The notes beneath the pieces are model-generated. The model was given only the letters and a program-made list of their open reading frames with translations, searched no databases and was not told where the DNA came from. Of a DNA stretch of 64,000 nucleotides, positions 48,862 through 57,620 are shown piece by piece. The translations under genes and the position numbers were made by a program. The stretch comes from Spirochaetia bacterium (GTDB lineage: Bacteria; Spirochaetota; Spirochaetia; SZUA-6; Bin103), in NCBI GenBank assembly GCA_965203515.1, contig OZ241907.1, positions 1,984,001-2,048,000 of the forward strand, written 5' to 3'. Every line of letters begins with the position of its first letter. The stretch's first letter is position 1.

Positions 48862-49774
48862 ACTGACGGCGGCGCAGATCCGCCACTTCGACACCTTCGG
48901 CTTCGTCATCCGGCCGCGCATGCTCACGCCGGCCGAGACGGCGGAGATCGAGGCCGCCTTCGAGGCGGTGATGGCCGAGGATCGGGCCGGGGAGTCGTTC
49001 CGCGGCGACAAGCGGCATTCCGTGATCGGCTGCGCCGAGCGCCATCCGGCGCTGCGGGCGCTGATCGACGATCCGCGCATCGTGCGGCCGATCGAGCAGG
49101 TGTTCGGGCGGTCGATCATGTGGTGGGGCTCGGACGGCAACTACTACGTGGGCGATACCGCCTGGCATCCCGACGGCACCGACCTGGGGCTGGCGCTGCG
49201 CCGCATCAAGGTGTCGGTCTACCTCGACCCGGTCGACGGCGACTCCGGCGCGATCCGCTTCATTCCGGGCTCGCACCGCAACCCCATGCACGGCGATCTG
49301 GAGGCGCTGCAGGTCGATCGGGTCAAGCAGACGATCGTCGAGGGCCGCGCCGACCGGTCGGCGCTCGACCGGTACCGCGAGCGCGGCTTCGACGTGGATG
49401 CTCAGGAGCCGACGTTCGGCGTCGATCACGACGCGCTGCCGTGCTGCGTGGCGGCCTCACGGCCCGGGGACGTGGTGTTCTTCGATCAGAACCTCTTCCA
49501 CGCCTCGTTCGGCGGCCGCTCGGGCCGGCGCATGTTCACGTTGTGCTACTGCACGGTCCCGGAAGAGCAGCCCGCCCGCGCCTGCATGCAGCGGTCATAC
49601 GAAGGCTCGCATCGCGCCGTGCGGGCGCTGTCGTACGGGGGCGCCGCGCCGAGCGGCGGGGGCGGTGGGGGCAGCGGGGGCGGCGGCGGCGTCCACCATC
49701 CGGCGATCCTGCGCACCGACCGGCCGACCCTGCGCCGGCTGACCGAGCCGCTGGTGAAGCTGGGCTGGGTCTGA
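48836..49774 (+). CDS. Phytanoyl-CoA dioxygenase (PhyH) family protein
   Basis: WHPD, FIPGSH, PGDVVFF...LFHAS. Confidence 0.88.
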   Translation: MTPQLMTPELTAAQIRHFDTFGFVIRPRMLTPAETAEIEAAFEAVMAEDRAGESFRGDKRHSVIGCAERHPALRALIDDPRIVRPIEQVFGRSIMWWGSDGNYYVGDTAWHPDGTDLGLALRRIKVSVYLDPVDGDSGAIRFIPGSHRNPMHGDLEALQVDRVKQTIVEGRADRSALDRYRERGFDVDAQEPTFGVDHDALPCCVAASRPGDVVFFDQNLFHASFGGRSGRRMFTLCYCTVPEEQPARACMQRSYEGSHRAVRALSYGGAAPSGGGGGGSGGGGGVHHPAILRTDRPTLRRLTEPLVKLGWV

Positions 49775-49803
49775 CCGCCGGCCGGCTCCCACGACCGTTC
49801 CCT

Positions 49804-50070
49804 TCAGAAGCAGCCGCAGGCGGCGCCGTGCGAGCACCCGCCGCGCGCTACGGCCGGGTTGTCCCTGCAGACGTCGGCCGCTTCCTCGGCGCCGGTGGCG
49901 ACCATCGGCGCGCTGAAGACCCGCTTCACCGGCGCGTCGGCCGGCGTGTCGCCGGGGTCGAACCCGCCGGCGTCGCAGAGGTCCTTCCAACTGGCGATGG
50001 CGACCGCCATCGAGTGGTTGACCTCCACGGTCTGACCGTTCGTGGGGCAGTGGTAGTCGTAGGCTGGCAT
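49804..50070 (-). CDS. FmdB family zinc-ribbon protein
   Basis: MPAYDYHC..., VKRVFSAP, C-terminal GCSHGAACGC. Confidence 0.8.
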   Translation of the reverse strand: MPAYDYHCPTNGQTVEVNHSMAVAIASWKDLCDAGGFDPGDTPADAPVKRVFSAPMVATGAEEAADVCRDNPAVARGGCSHGAACGCF

Positions 50071-50168
50071 GGTTTCCTCGTCTCCTCCGGCCGCAATTGA
50101 GCCGCAGGGCCGCCCGCCGCGTCAACGACGCGCGACCGCAGGTCGGAACGCCGAACCGCCGGTGCGCC

Positions 50169-50197
50169 TTGCATCGCAGCGGAAGCGCTGGTAGTCT
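50169..50197 (+). promoter_or_regulatory. Putative sigma70 promoter of second ABC locus; spacer contains LacI-like AGCGCT core
   Basis: TTGCAT-N17-TAGTCT; spacer cgcagcggaagcgctgg. Confidence 0.5.
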
Positions 50198-50292
50198 GGA
50201 ACCTTGACGTCGGCCCGGGCCGCCGGGCACGACGTGGCGTTGGGATGGCCCTGAGCGAGGCGTCCGGCGCCGACCGCTACAAGGAGGCATCC

Positions 50293-51939
50293 ATGATGAA
50301 ACGCTTATTGCCCGGCATGCTGCTCCTGCTGCTTGCCGGCTTCGCCTGGGGCAGCGGGGACGAGGAGGCTGCCGCCGAGAGCGGCGGCGTTCCTGAGATC
50401 GAGTTCCTGGGATTCTTCGAGTTCACCCCTGACGCCACCGCCGACACCGAGATCTTCGCGTGGTGGGGCGAGGCGGTCGGGGCGCGCATCGTGCCGATCA
50501 ACGTCGCCACCGAAGATCAGGCCACGCGCGTGCAGACCATGATCGCCGCCCGCGACGTGCCGGACGTCATGCACCTGTCGAGCCCGGACGTCCGCAACAT
50601 CCACTTCGACTTCGGGCCGCGCGGCGCGTTCGTGAACGTCTCCGAGCAGCTCGACGCGGGCAACATGCCCAACCTGGCCGAAGTGCTGAAAGCCGCCCCC
50701 GACGGACTCAAGATCGCCCCGGACGGCAACAGCTACGCGCTGCCGCAGTTCAACATGTGGGCCAACGGTCCCATGGTCGGCATCAAGGTGCGCAAGGACC
50801 ACCTCACCGCCGGCGGCTGGAGCGGCGACATCGACGACATCGCCGGTTCCGTGCGGACGCTGGAGGACTGGGAAGAGGCGTTCGCCGCCGTATACCGCGG
50901 CTACAACCAGGGGCGCGAACCGCAGCCGATGATCATCAATCGCCGCGGCAGCGCGATCCGCGGCTGGGTGGTGCGGCCGATGACCCACATGATGGGCACC
51001 TGGATACGGATGTGGTACGACGACAGCGATACCTACGTCTGGGGTCCGGCGACCAATCGCTTCCGCGGCGCCATGGAGTTTCTGTCGACCGCCTACGCCA
51101 ACGGCTGGCTGCATCCGGCCTGGGTCACCATGACCGAAGAGGAACAGGTCGCCCTCTATGAGAAGGACGGCTACGCGGTCTTCTTTGGCCCGATCGGCGG
51201 CAACTTCGGGGACCGCATGGTCAACAAGCCGGCCGAGCATCTGGATCTGCTGCTTTCGCAGGAGGTCAACCTGCTGCCCCCGGTCTATGAAGGCATGCAG
51301 GCCAGGATACGCGCCCCCAAGCGCGTCTCCGATTCGGCCATCGTCATCGACGCCAACAGCGCGGCGATCGACGCCGCGGTGCGCATGATCGATTACGCCT
51401 ACAGCGATGCCGGCGCCGAGCTGCTCAACTACGGACCGGAGGGCTACGCCTGGGAACGGGACGACAATCCGTACTGGGGACGCCGCTGGATCCTCAACTG
51501 GAGCGGATTCTATCCGGCCGCGGAGGTCGAGGCGGACCCCGCCCGTTCCAAGACCCGCGGGCTCGGCATCGGCCAGTTTTCGGTCATGCACCCGTCGGAC
51601 ACCTGGGGCAAGGACAACCTGGGACGCTACTACGATGTCACCCAGCCCGGGGTCGGCGCGCAGATGCCCAACGTGCCGGTGATCGAGCAGTTTCAGGCCG
51701 CCGGCGTCTGGAATGCGACGCCCGAACCGAGCTTCCCCTTCACGCCCGAAGAGCAGGAGGAGAAGAACTCGTTGGAGGCGGCGCTGGCCACCTACGTCGA
51801 CGAGCAGGTGGTCGCATTCGTCAACGGTCACCGGCCCCTGTCGGAATGGGGCGACTTCGTACAGACCCTGCAGGACCTGGGCCACCAGCGGCTCGAGGAG
51901 ATCTACCGGACGGCGCTGGAGCGGTACCGGTCGCTGTAG
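50293..51939 (+). CDS. Extracellular solute-binding protein
   Basis: Signal peptide MMKRLLPGMLLLLLAGFAWGSGDEE after AAGGAGG; APDGNSYALP; YGPEG. Confidence 0.9.
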   Translation: MMKRLLPGMLLLLLAGFAWGSGDEEAAAESGGVPEIEFLGFFEFTPDATADTEIFAWWGEAVGARIVPINVATEDQATRVQTMIAARDVPDVMHLSSPDVRNIHFDFGPRGAFVNVSEQLDAGNMPNLAEVLKAAPDGLKIAPDGNSYALPQFNMWANGPMVGIKVRKDHLTAGGWSGDIDDIAGSVRTLEDWEEAFAAVYRGYNQGREPQPMIINRRGSAIRGWVVRPMTHMMGTWIRMWYDDSDTYVWGPATNRFRGAMEFLSTAYANGWLHPAWVTMTEEEQVALYEKDGYAVFFGPIGGNFGDRMVNKPAEHLDLLLSQEVNLLPPVYEGMQARIRAPKRVSDSAIVIDANSAAIDAAVRMIDYAYSDAGAELLNYGPEGYAWERDDNPYWGRRWILNWSGFYPAAEVEADPARSKTRGLGIGQFSVMHPSDTWGKDNLGRYYDVTQPGVGAQMPNVPVIEQFQAAGVWNATPEPSFPFTPEEQEEKNSLEAALATYVDEQVVAFVNGHRPLSEWGDFVQTLQDLGHQRLEEIYRTALERYRSL

Positions 51940-52062
51940 ACCGTCCCGCCGGGAACGAGATGAGATGATCGAACGGCCGGCCGCACCGCGGGCGAACGTG
52001 CGGCCGGCCCGGCGCGGTGGGCGGTACCGCCCGCCGCGCGCGCCGATTCCCGGAACCGGCCG

Positions 52063-53016
52063 ATGAGCCGGTCCGACCTGACCGCGCCGGCCCTGCCGGC
52101 GGCCGCGCGCCGCCGTAGTATCCGCAACTCGATCCGTCAGGCGCCGGCGCTCTACGTCATGATCGGCATCGTCATCCTGTGGTCGCTGGTCTTCCACTGG
52201 GTGCCGATCTACGGCATCACGATCGCCTTCAAGCGCTATACCGCGCTCGACGGCTTCTTCGGCGGCGAGTGGATCGGCCTCAAGCACGTAAGCGACTTCC
52301 TGAACGATCCGTTCTTGTGGCGGCTGATACGCAACACCGTACTGCTCGGCTTCCTCACCCTGGCGTTCGGCTTTCCGGCGCCGGTGATCTTTGCGCTGCT
52401 GATCAACGAGCTGCGCAAGCGCTGGTTCAGCCGCCTGGTGCAGTCGATCTCCTACCTGCCGCACTTCATCGCCGCGGTGATCGTGGTGGGGTTGATCTTC
52501 CAGTTCTTCAGCTTCGACGGACGGGTCACGGTGACGCTCAAGGAACTGGGCGTCGACGCCGATTTCCTCGATTTCCTGGGCGATCCGGCGTGGTTCCGCC
52601 CGCTGTACGTCGCCTCCCACGTGTGGCAGAGCGTCGGTTGGGGGACGATCATCTATCTGGCGGCGATGGCCGGCATCAGCGCCGAGCTCTACGAGTCGGC
52701 CACGATCGACGGCGCCGGCCGCCTGCAACAGGCCCGGTTCATCACCATACCCGGCATCATGCCGACCGTGGTGGTGTTGTTCATCCTGGCGACCCGCAAC
52801 GTCGTGGACACCGACTTCGAGAAAGTGCTCCTGATGCAGAACCCGGCGATCTATGAAACCGCCGACGTCATAGAAACCTACGTGTACCGCCGCGGCATAT
52901 TGGGAGGCGAGTATCCCTATGCCACGGCGATCGGGCTGCTGAAAAACCTGGTGTCGTTCGCGGTGGTGCTGACGGTCAACAAGCTGGCCCGCATTCGCGG
53001 CGAAGGACTCTGGTAG
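52063..53016 (+). CDS. Carbohydrate ABC transporter permease (LplB-like)
   Basis: YLPHFI, GWGTIIYLAA, ESATIDGA. Confidence 0.93.
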   Translation: MSRSDLTAPALPAAARRRSIRNSIRQAPALYVMIGIVILWSLVFHWVPIYGITIAFKRYTALDGFFGGEWIGLKHVSDFLNDPFLWRLIRNTVLLGFLTLAFGFPAPVIFALLINELRKRWFSRLVQSISYLPHFIAAVIVVGLIFQFFSFDGRVTVTLKELGVDADFLDFLGDPAWFRPLYVASHVWQSVGWGTIIYLAAMAGISAELYESATIDGAGRLQQARFITIPGIMPTVVVLFILATRNVVDTDFEKVLLMQNPAIYETADVIETYVYRRGILGGEYPYATAIGLLKNLVSFAVVLTVNKLARIRGEGLW

Positions 53017-53930
53017 TGGCGGTCCGGTACCGGGAATCGGTCCCCTCCCGCGTCTTCGACGCTGCCAACGCGGCGTTGGGCGTGGTCGCGTGTCTGGTCT
53101 TCCTCTACCCGTTCATCTACATCTTCTCGGTATCGATCAGCGGCTATGAGGAGGTGGGGCTGGGCAAGATCATCCTCTGGCCCAAGAACATCCATTTCGG
53201 CATCTACGGCTTCGTGTTCCGCACGCGGGTGCTGCTGCGCGCCTTCCTCAACTCGGTCATCTACACCGCGCTGTTCACGGCGCTGACGTTGTGGCTGTCG
53301 TCGATGGCCGGGTTCGTGCTGGCCGAAGAACGGTTCCGCTTTCGGCGTTCGGTAGCGCTCTATCTGGCGGCCATGCTGTTCTTCCAGGGCGGTCTGATCC
53401 CGGTATTCCTGTGGATACGGTCGCTCGGCATGGTCAACACGCTGTGGGCGATCGTGCTGCCGACCGCCGTGAACCCGTTCTACATCTTCGTCTTCCGCAC
53501 GTCGATCCGGCAGATGGTGCATCAGTCGCTGAAGGATTCGGTCTACATCGACGGCGGCGGCGACTTCCGCATCTACACCCGCATCGTGCTGCCGCTGATC
53601 ACCCCGATCCTGGCCACCATCGGCCTGTTCGCCGCCGTGTCGATGTGGAACGAGTTCTTTCGGCCGCTGGTCTATCTCTACGACCAGGAGAAGATGCCGC
53701 TCACCATCGTGTTGCGCCGCTTCCTGATCCTGCGCGACTTCGGAGGCAACATCAACAGCATCATCGAGGGGCTGGAAGAAGACGCCAGCGCCGCCTACAT
53801 CCGCAACGGCTGGCTGGGCAAGATGCGCAGCGCCATCGTCATCGTCTCGGTGGCGCCGATCGTGATGGTCTATCCCTTTCTGCAGCGCTACTTCATACGC
53901 GGAATCATGATCGGCTCCATCAAGGAGTGA
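53016..53930 (+). CDS. Carbohydrate ABC transporter permease (LplC-like)
   Basis: GGLIP, DSVYIDGG, YPFLQRYFIRG. Confidence 0.93.
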   Translation: MAVRYRESVPSRVFDAANAALGVVACLVFLYPFIYIFSVSISGYEEVGLGKIILWPKNIHFGIYGFVFRTRVLLRAFLNSVIYTALFTALTLWLSSMAGFVLAEERFRFRRSVALYLAAMLFFQGGLIPVFLWIRSLGMVNTLWAIVLPTAVNPFYIFVFRTSIRQMVHQSLKDSVYIDGGGDFRIYTRIVLPLITPILATIGLFAAVSMWNEFFRPLVYLYDQEKMPLTIVLRRFLILRDFGGNINSIIEGLEEDASAAYIRNGWLGKMRSAIVIVSVAPIVMVYPFLQRYFIRGIMIGSIKE

Positions 53931-54026
53931 GGGAGCGGCGCGACCGATCGGTCACGCGCCGGTTTGGGCAAAAGACGTGCCGGTTAGGTTAGGGGCAAAA
54001 GGGACGGCTTGGGCAGGAAGGCGTCA

Positions 54027-54232
54027 GGAGGTCGCCGAGCCGTCTGAGCTGAAACCCGGCGTGGCCGGGCTTCGCGCGTGCCACAGATCCTGTTCTTTGC
54101 GGGCCGCTGGTAAACGGCCATCTCACCTGTCCATCGGCTCAGATGCCTCCGCGGTTGCTGTGAAGGTTCGACTGCAGAGCTCCCTCGATGCTGAGGTGCG
54201 TCTCGGCGGCCTCCCGACACTATGAGTGTCGG
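54027..54232 (+). ncRNA. Putative structured non-coding RNA / orphan IS110-like non-coding end
   Basis: Nested stems 54027-39/54202-14, 54043-52/54134-43, 54055-69, 54102-19, 54151-57/54169-75, plus hairpin 54214-32; G-U pairs favour the + strand. Confidence 0.5.
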
Positions 54233-54408
54233 CATCGGCAGCGCAAACCTGAACAAACTGAACAAATTTCTCCGGCGGCGGCCTTGGAAGATCGCCGCGG
54301 ACCGCGATCTGGCCCGCGGCAGCGCCGCCGCGGTATGCTTCAGGGCGCCGTGAGTCATCGCCCGAACACGCTCCGCGCCCGACCTGCGCTCCATTCCCGA
54401 CCTCCCCG

Positions 54409-56517
54409 ATGCGCCTGAACACGACCCTGCGCGCCCTGCCCGCCGGTCAGATCGCCGTGCTGGCCGGCGCCGGCTTCCGCGACGGCGTGCCGGCCCGCGA
54501 CGCCCCGGCCGGATGGCCGATGGGGGTGGCGCGGAGGCCGGACGGCGACCTGATCGTCAACGACTACTGGGCCAATCGCATCTGGCGCATCGACCGCCGC
54601 GGCATCCTCCACCGGTTCGGCGGCGACGGCATCCCCGGCGCCGATGGCGACGGCGGCCCGGTCGCCGAAGCCCGCTTCCGGGAGCCGCACGACCTGCACC
54701 AGGACCGGCACGGCAACCTCTACCTGTCGGACCTGGGCAACCGCACGATCCGCCGCATCGACTACCGCACCGGCATCGTCACCCTGGTGGCCGGCAACGG
54801 CCGGATCGGCCGCGGCGGCGACGGCGGCCCGGCGGTCGAAGCCGAACTCGACTGCACGTGCGGGGTTGCGGTCGACGCCGCCGGCAACGTCTACCTGTCC
54901 GACGAGTGGGCCTGCAACATCCGCCGTATCGACGCGCGCACCGGCATCATCGACCTGTTCGCCGGCTACGCGGCGCGCCACTACCCCTCCGAACGGGGCG
55001 CGAGCCGCCCGTTCGCCGGCGCCGGCCTGAGCCTGATGGGCTACCACGGCGACGGCGGCCCGGCCGCGCAGGCCGCCTTCCACCACCCCGAGCACCTGGC
55101 GTTCGACTCGCGCGGCGACCTGTACGTCTGCGACAACTCCAACGACCGCATCCGCCGCATCGACATGCGCACCGGCATCGTCACCACCGTCCTGGGCAAC
55201 GGCCAGCGCGCCTCCAACGGCGACGGCGGCCCGGCGGTCGAGGCCAGCACGCTGATGCCGGACGCGATCTGCCTGGACGTGCACGACAACCTCTACGTTG
55301 GCGAGAAGTACGGCTTCCGCATCCGCACGGTGGCGGCCGCCACCGGCATCGTCTCCACCCTGGTCGGCACCGGCGTCCCGGCATGGGGAGAAGAGGGGCT
55401 GCACGGCAGCCGCACCGGCTGCAACTCCGTGGAGGCCGGCATCTGGGCCGACCCGGACGGCACCGTGCTCTGGGGCGACTGCTCCGGCCGGCTGCGCCGG
55501 TACGACGGGGCGACCGGGATCGTCACCACCGTCCTGGGCGGCACCGGCATCGGCGACGGCGCCGCGCCCGCCGGCGCCTTCCTGCGCGGCCCGGCCGGCA
55601 TCGACGTGGCGGCCGACGGATCGATCTACTTTGCCGATCGCTGGAACCAGCGCGTGCGCCGCATCGACGCCGCCGGCGCCGAGATCGCCACCGTGGCCGG
55701 CAACGGCGCCCGCGCCTACGGCGGCGACGGCGGCCCGGCGGCCGACGCGTACCTGGGGAACCCGTCCGACGTGGCGGTCGACCGGCAGGGCCGGGTCGCC
55801 ATCGCCGACAACCGCCACCAGCACGTCCGCGTGGTCGACCCGGACGGCACGATCCGCGCCGTGTGCGGCATCGGCCAACCGTGGGACAAGGGCGACGGCG
55901 GGCCGGCGATCAGCGCCGGCGTGGTCATGGTGACGTCGGTCCGGTACGGCCCGGACGACGCGCTCTACCTGGGCGACGCCGCCGGCCGCATCCGGCGCAT
56001 CGATCCGCGCAGCGGGATCATCTCCACGGTGGCCGGCATCGGCCTGCCCGGCTACGCCGGGGACGGCGGCGCGGCCAGGGCCGCCCGCGTCGGCACGCCG
56101 GAAGCGCTGGCGTTCGGCCCGGACGGCAGCCTCTACTTCGCCGACAGCGCCCAGCACGTCATCCGCCGCGTGGCGCCGAACGGGATCATCGACACCGTGA
56201 TCGGCGACGGCACGGCCGGGCGCGGCGAAGACGGCAGCGACCCGCGGCGCGCGCGCATCGACACGCCGCGCGGGCTCGACGTCGGTGCGGACGGCGCGCT
56301 GTTCTTCACCGACTCCGGCAATCACCTGATCCGCTGCCTCACCACCGGCGGCGCGCTGCGCACGCTGGCCGGTTGCGGCGCGGCGGGCGAGACCGGTTCC
56401 GGCCCGGCCGGCAGCGCCCGCTTCAACCAGCTCGGCGGCATCAGGCGCTACGGAGACGACCACCTGATCTTCGCCGACCACCTCAACAACCGGCTCAAGG
56501 TACTCCGCTGGCGGTGA
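54409..56517 (+). CDS. NHL-repeat protein (~12 repeats, probably two beta-propellers)
   Basis: Recurrent GDGGPA...PxxxAxDxxGnLYxxD...RIRRID...GIVTTVAG units. Confidence 0.92.
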   Translation: MRLNTTLRALPAGQIAVLAGAGFRDGVPARDAPAGWPMGVARRPDGDLIVNDYWANRIWRIDRRGILHRFGGDGIPGADGDGGPVAEARFREPHDLHQDRHGNLYLSDLGNRTIRRIDYRTGIVTLVAGNGRIGRGGDGGPAVEAELDCTCGVAVDAAGNVYLSDEWACNIRRIDARTGIIDLFAGYAARHYPSERGASRPFAGAGLSLMGYHGDGGPAAQAAFHHPEHLAFDSRGDLYVCDNSNDRIRRIDMRTGIVTTVLGNGQRASNGDGGPAVEASTLMPDAICLDVHDNLYVGEKYGFRIRTVAAATGIVSTLVGTGVPAWGEEGLHGSRTGCNSVEAGIWADPDGTVLWGDCSGRLRRYDGATGIVTTVLGGTGIGDGAAPAGAFLRGPAGIDVAADGSIYFADRWNQRVRRIDAAGAEIATVAGNGARAYGGDGGPAADAYLGNPSDVAVDRQGRVAIADNRHQHVRVVDPDGTIRAVCGIGQPWDKGDGGPAISAGVVMVTSVRYGPDDALYLGDAAGRIRRIDPRSGIISTVAGIGLPGYAGDGGAARAARVGTPEALAFGPDGSLYFADSAQHVIRRVAPNGIIDTVIGDGTAGRGEDGSDPRRARIDTPRGLDVGADGALFFTDSGNHLIRCLTTGGALRTLAGCGAAGETGSGPAGSARFNQLGGIRRYGDDHLIFADHLNNRLKVLRWR

Positions 56518-56535
56518 GCTCGGCATAATCGACCG

Positions 56536-57552
56536 ATGATTCACGACAACGTCGAGCTCCACAACGTCGCCGAGCTCCGCTATGAGCCGGACCGCGGCGG
56601 TTACCGGCTGCAGCGCGCGCCGGAGTCGGTCCGCACCGCGCTCAACCCCGGCGCGCAGGAGTGCCTGCTGCAGCCGGACAACGCCGAGATACGCTACGTC
56701 GCATCCGGTCCGTCGCAGGTGACGCTCTCCTCGCACGGACAGACCCGCGTCAGCGTCTTCTTCGGGGCGTTCGACTCCTGGCAGCGCGCGATCGTCGGCC
56801 GCGAACCGCAGACGATTGCCATCGTCCCCAGCGAGGCGCTCGACGCCCTTGCCGACCGCTACACGGCCGACATGCCGTTCTCGCCGCGCGTGGTGCGCCT
56901 GGTCCTGGGCGGCCCGGAGCGCGACCCGGTGCTGCTGCACGGCGTGGAAGGCGCGGACCTCCGCCCGCCGGCGGCGGCCGAGCTGCCGTCGCTCCGCCTG
57001 CTCACCTACGGCACCTCGATCACGCACGGCTACTTCGCCGAGGGGCCGCACCTCTCCTACGTCGGTCACGCCGCGCGCCGCCTGGGAGCGGACCTGATCA
57101 ACCTGGGGGTGGCCGGCTCCGCGCACTGCGAGCCGGAGCTGGCCGACTACATCGCCGAGCGCGGCGATTGGCACGCCGCCAGCCTGGGCCTGTCGGTCAA
57201 CATGCAGGGCTTCCCGATGCCGGAGTTTCGGCGGCGCGTGCAGTATCTGGTCGACCGCGTCGCCGGCGCCGATGCCGGCCGGCCGGTCGCCTGCATCACG
57301 CTCTACCCGTACTTCCGCGACTTCGGTTGGGAGCCGCCGGGCGAGTACGGGGGCTCGCCGGAGGAGTACCGGCAGTCGCTGCGCGACGCCGTGGCGGCGA
57401 CCGGACACCCCAACGCGCACCTGATCGAAGGCCCCGAGCTGCTCACCGACCTCGGCGGCCTGAGCGCGGACCTGATCCACCCGGCCGACTACGGCATGCT
57501 GGAGATCGGTCAGCGCCTGGCCGACCGCCTGTCAGGGCTGCTTGCGGGTTAG
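56536..57552 (+). CDS. SGNH/GDSL hydrolase family protein
   Basis: YGTSITHG, NLGVAGS, SVN, DLIHP. Confidence 0.88.
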   Translation: MIHDNVELHNVAELRYEPDRGGYRLQRAPESVRTALNPGAQECLLQPDNAEIRYVASGPSQVTLSSHGQTRVSVFFGAFDSWQRAIVGREPQTIAIVPSEALDALADRYTADMPFSPRVVRLVLGGPERDPVLLHGVEGADLRPPAAAELPSLRLLTYGTSITHGYFAEGPHLSYVGHAARRLGADLINLGVAGSAHCEPELADYIAERGDWHAASLGLSVNMQGFPMPEFRRRVQYLVDRVAGADAGRPVACITLYPYFRDFGWEPPGEYGGSPEEYRQSLRDAVAATGHPNAHLIEGPELLTDLGGLSADLIHPADYGMLEIGQRLADRLSGLLAG

Positions 57553-57570
57553 CCCCAGGTCAGCCCGCTT

Positions 57571-57620
57571 CACGGCCTTAGCCCGCCGCCACGGCCTTAG
57601 CTTAGCCCGCCGCCACGGCC
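57571..57620. repeat. Short tandem duplication of the aminotransferase 3' end
   Basis: cttagcccgccgccacggcc occurs twice, plus a partial cacggccttag. Confidence 0.75.

Noticed and set aside
49650..49692. G-rich run encoding SGGGGGGSGGGGG as a G-quadruplex or switch
   Set aside because: In-frame low-complexity insert near the PhyH C-terminus with no frameshift; no evidence of function
54027..54232. 6S RNA, tmRNA, tRNA or group II intron identity for the structured element
   Set aside because: Branched rather than rod-like fold; no tRNA-like ends or intron domain V recognised
54222..54353. Short ORF MSVGIGSANLNKLNK... as an IS110 transposase start
   Set aside because: Only the first few residues are suggestive; it lacks the GID-x-K motif and an RBS and stops after ~43 codons
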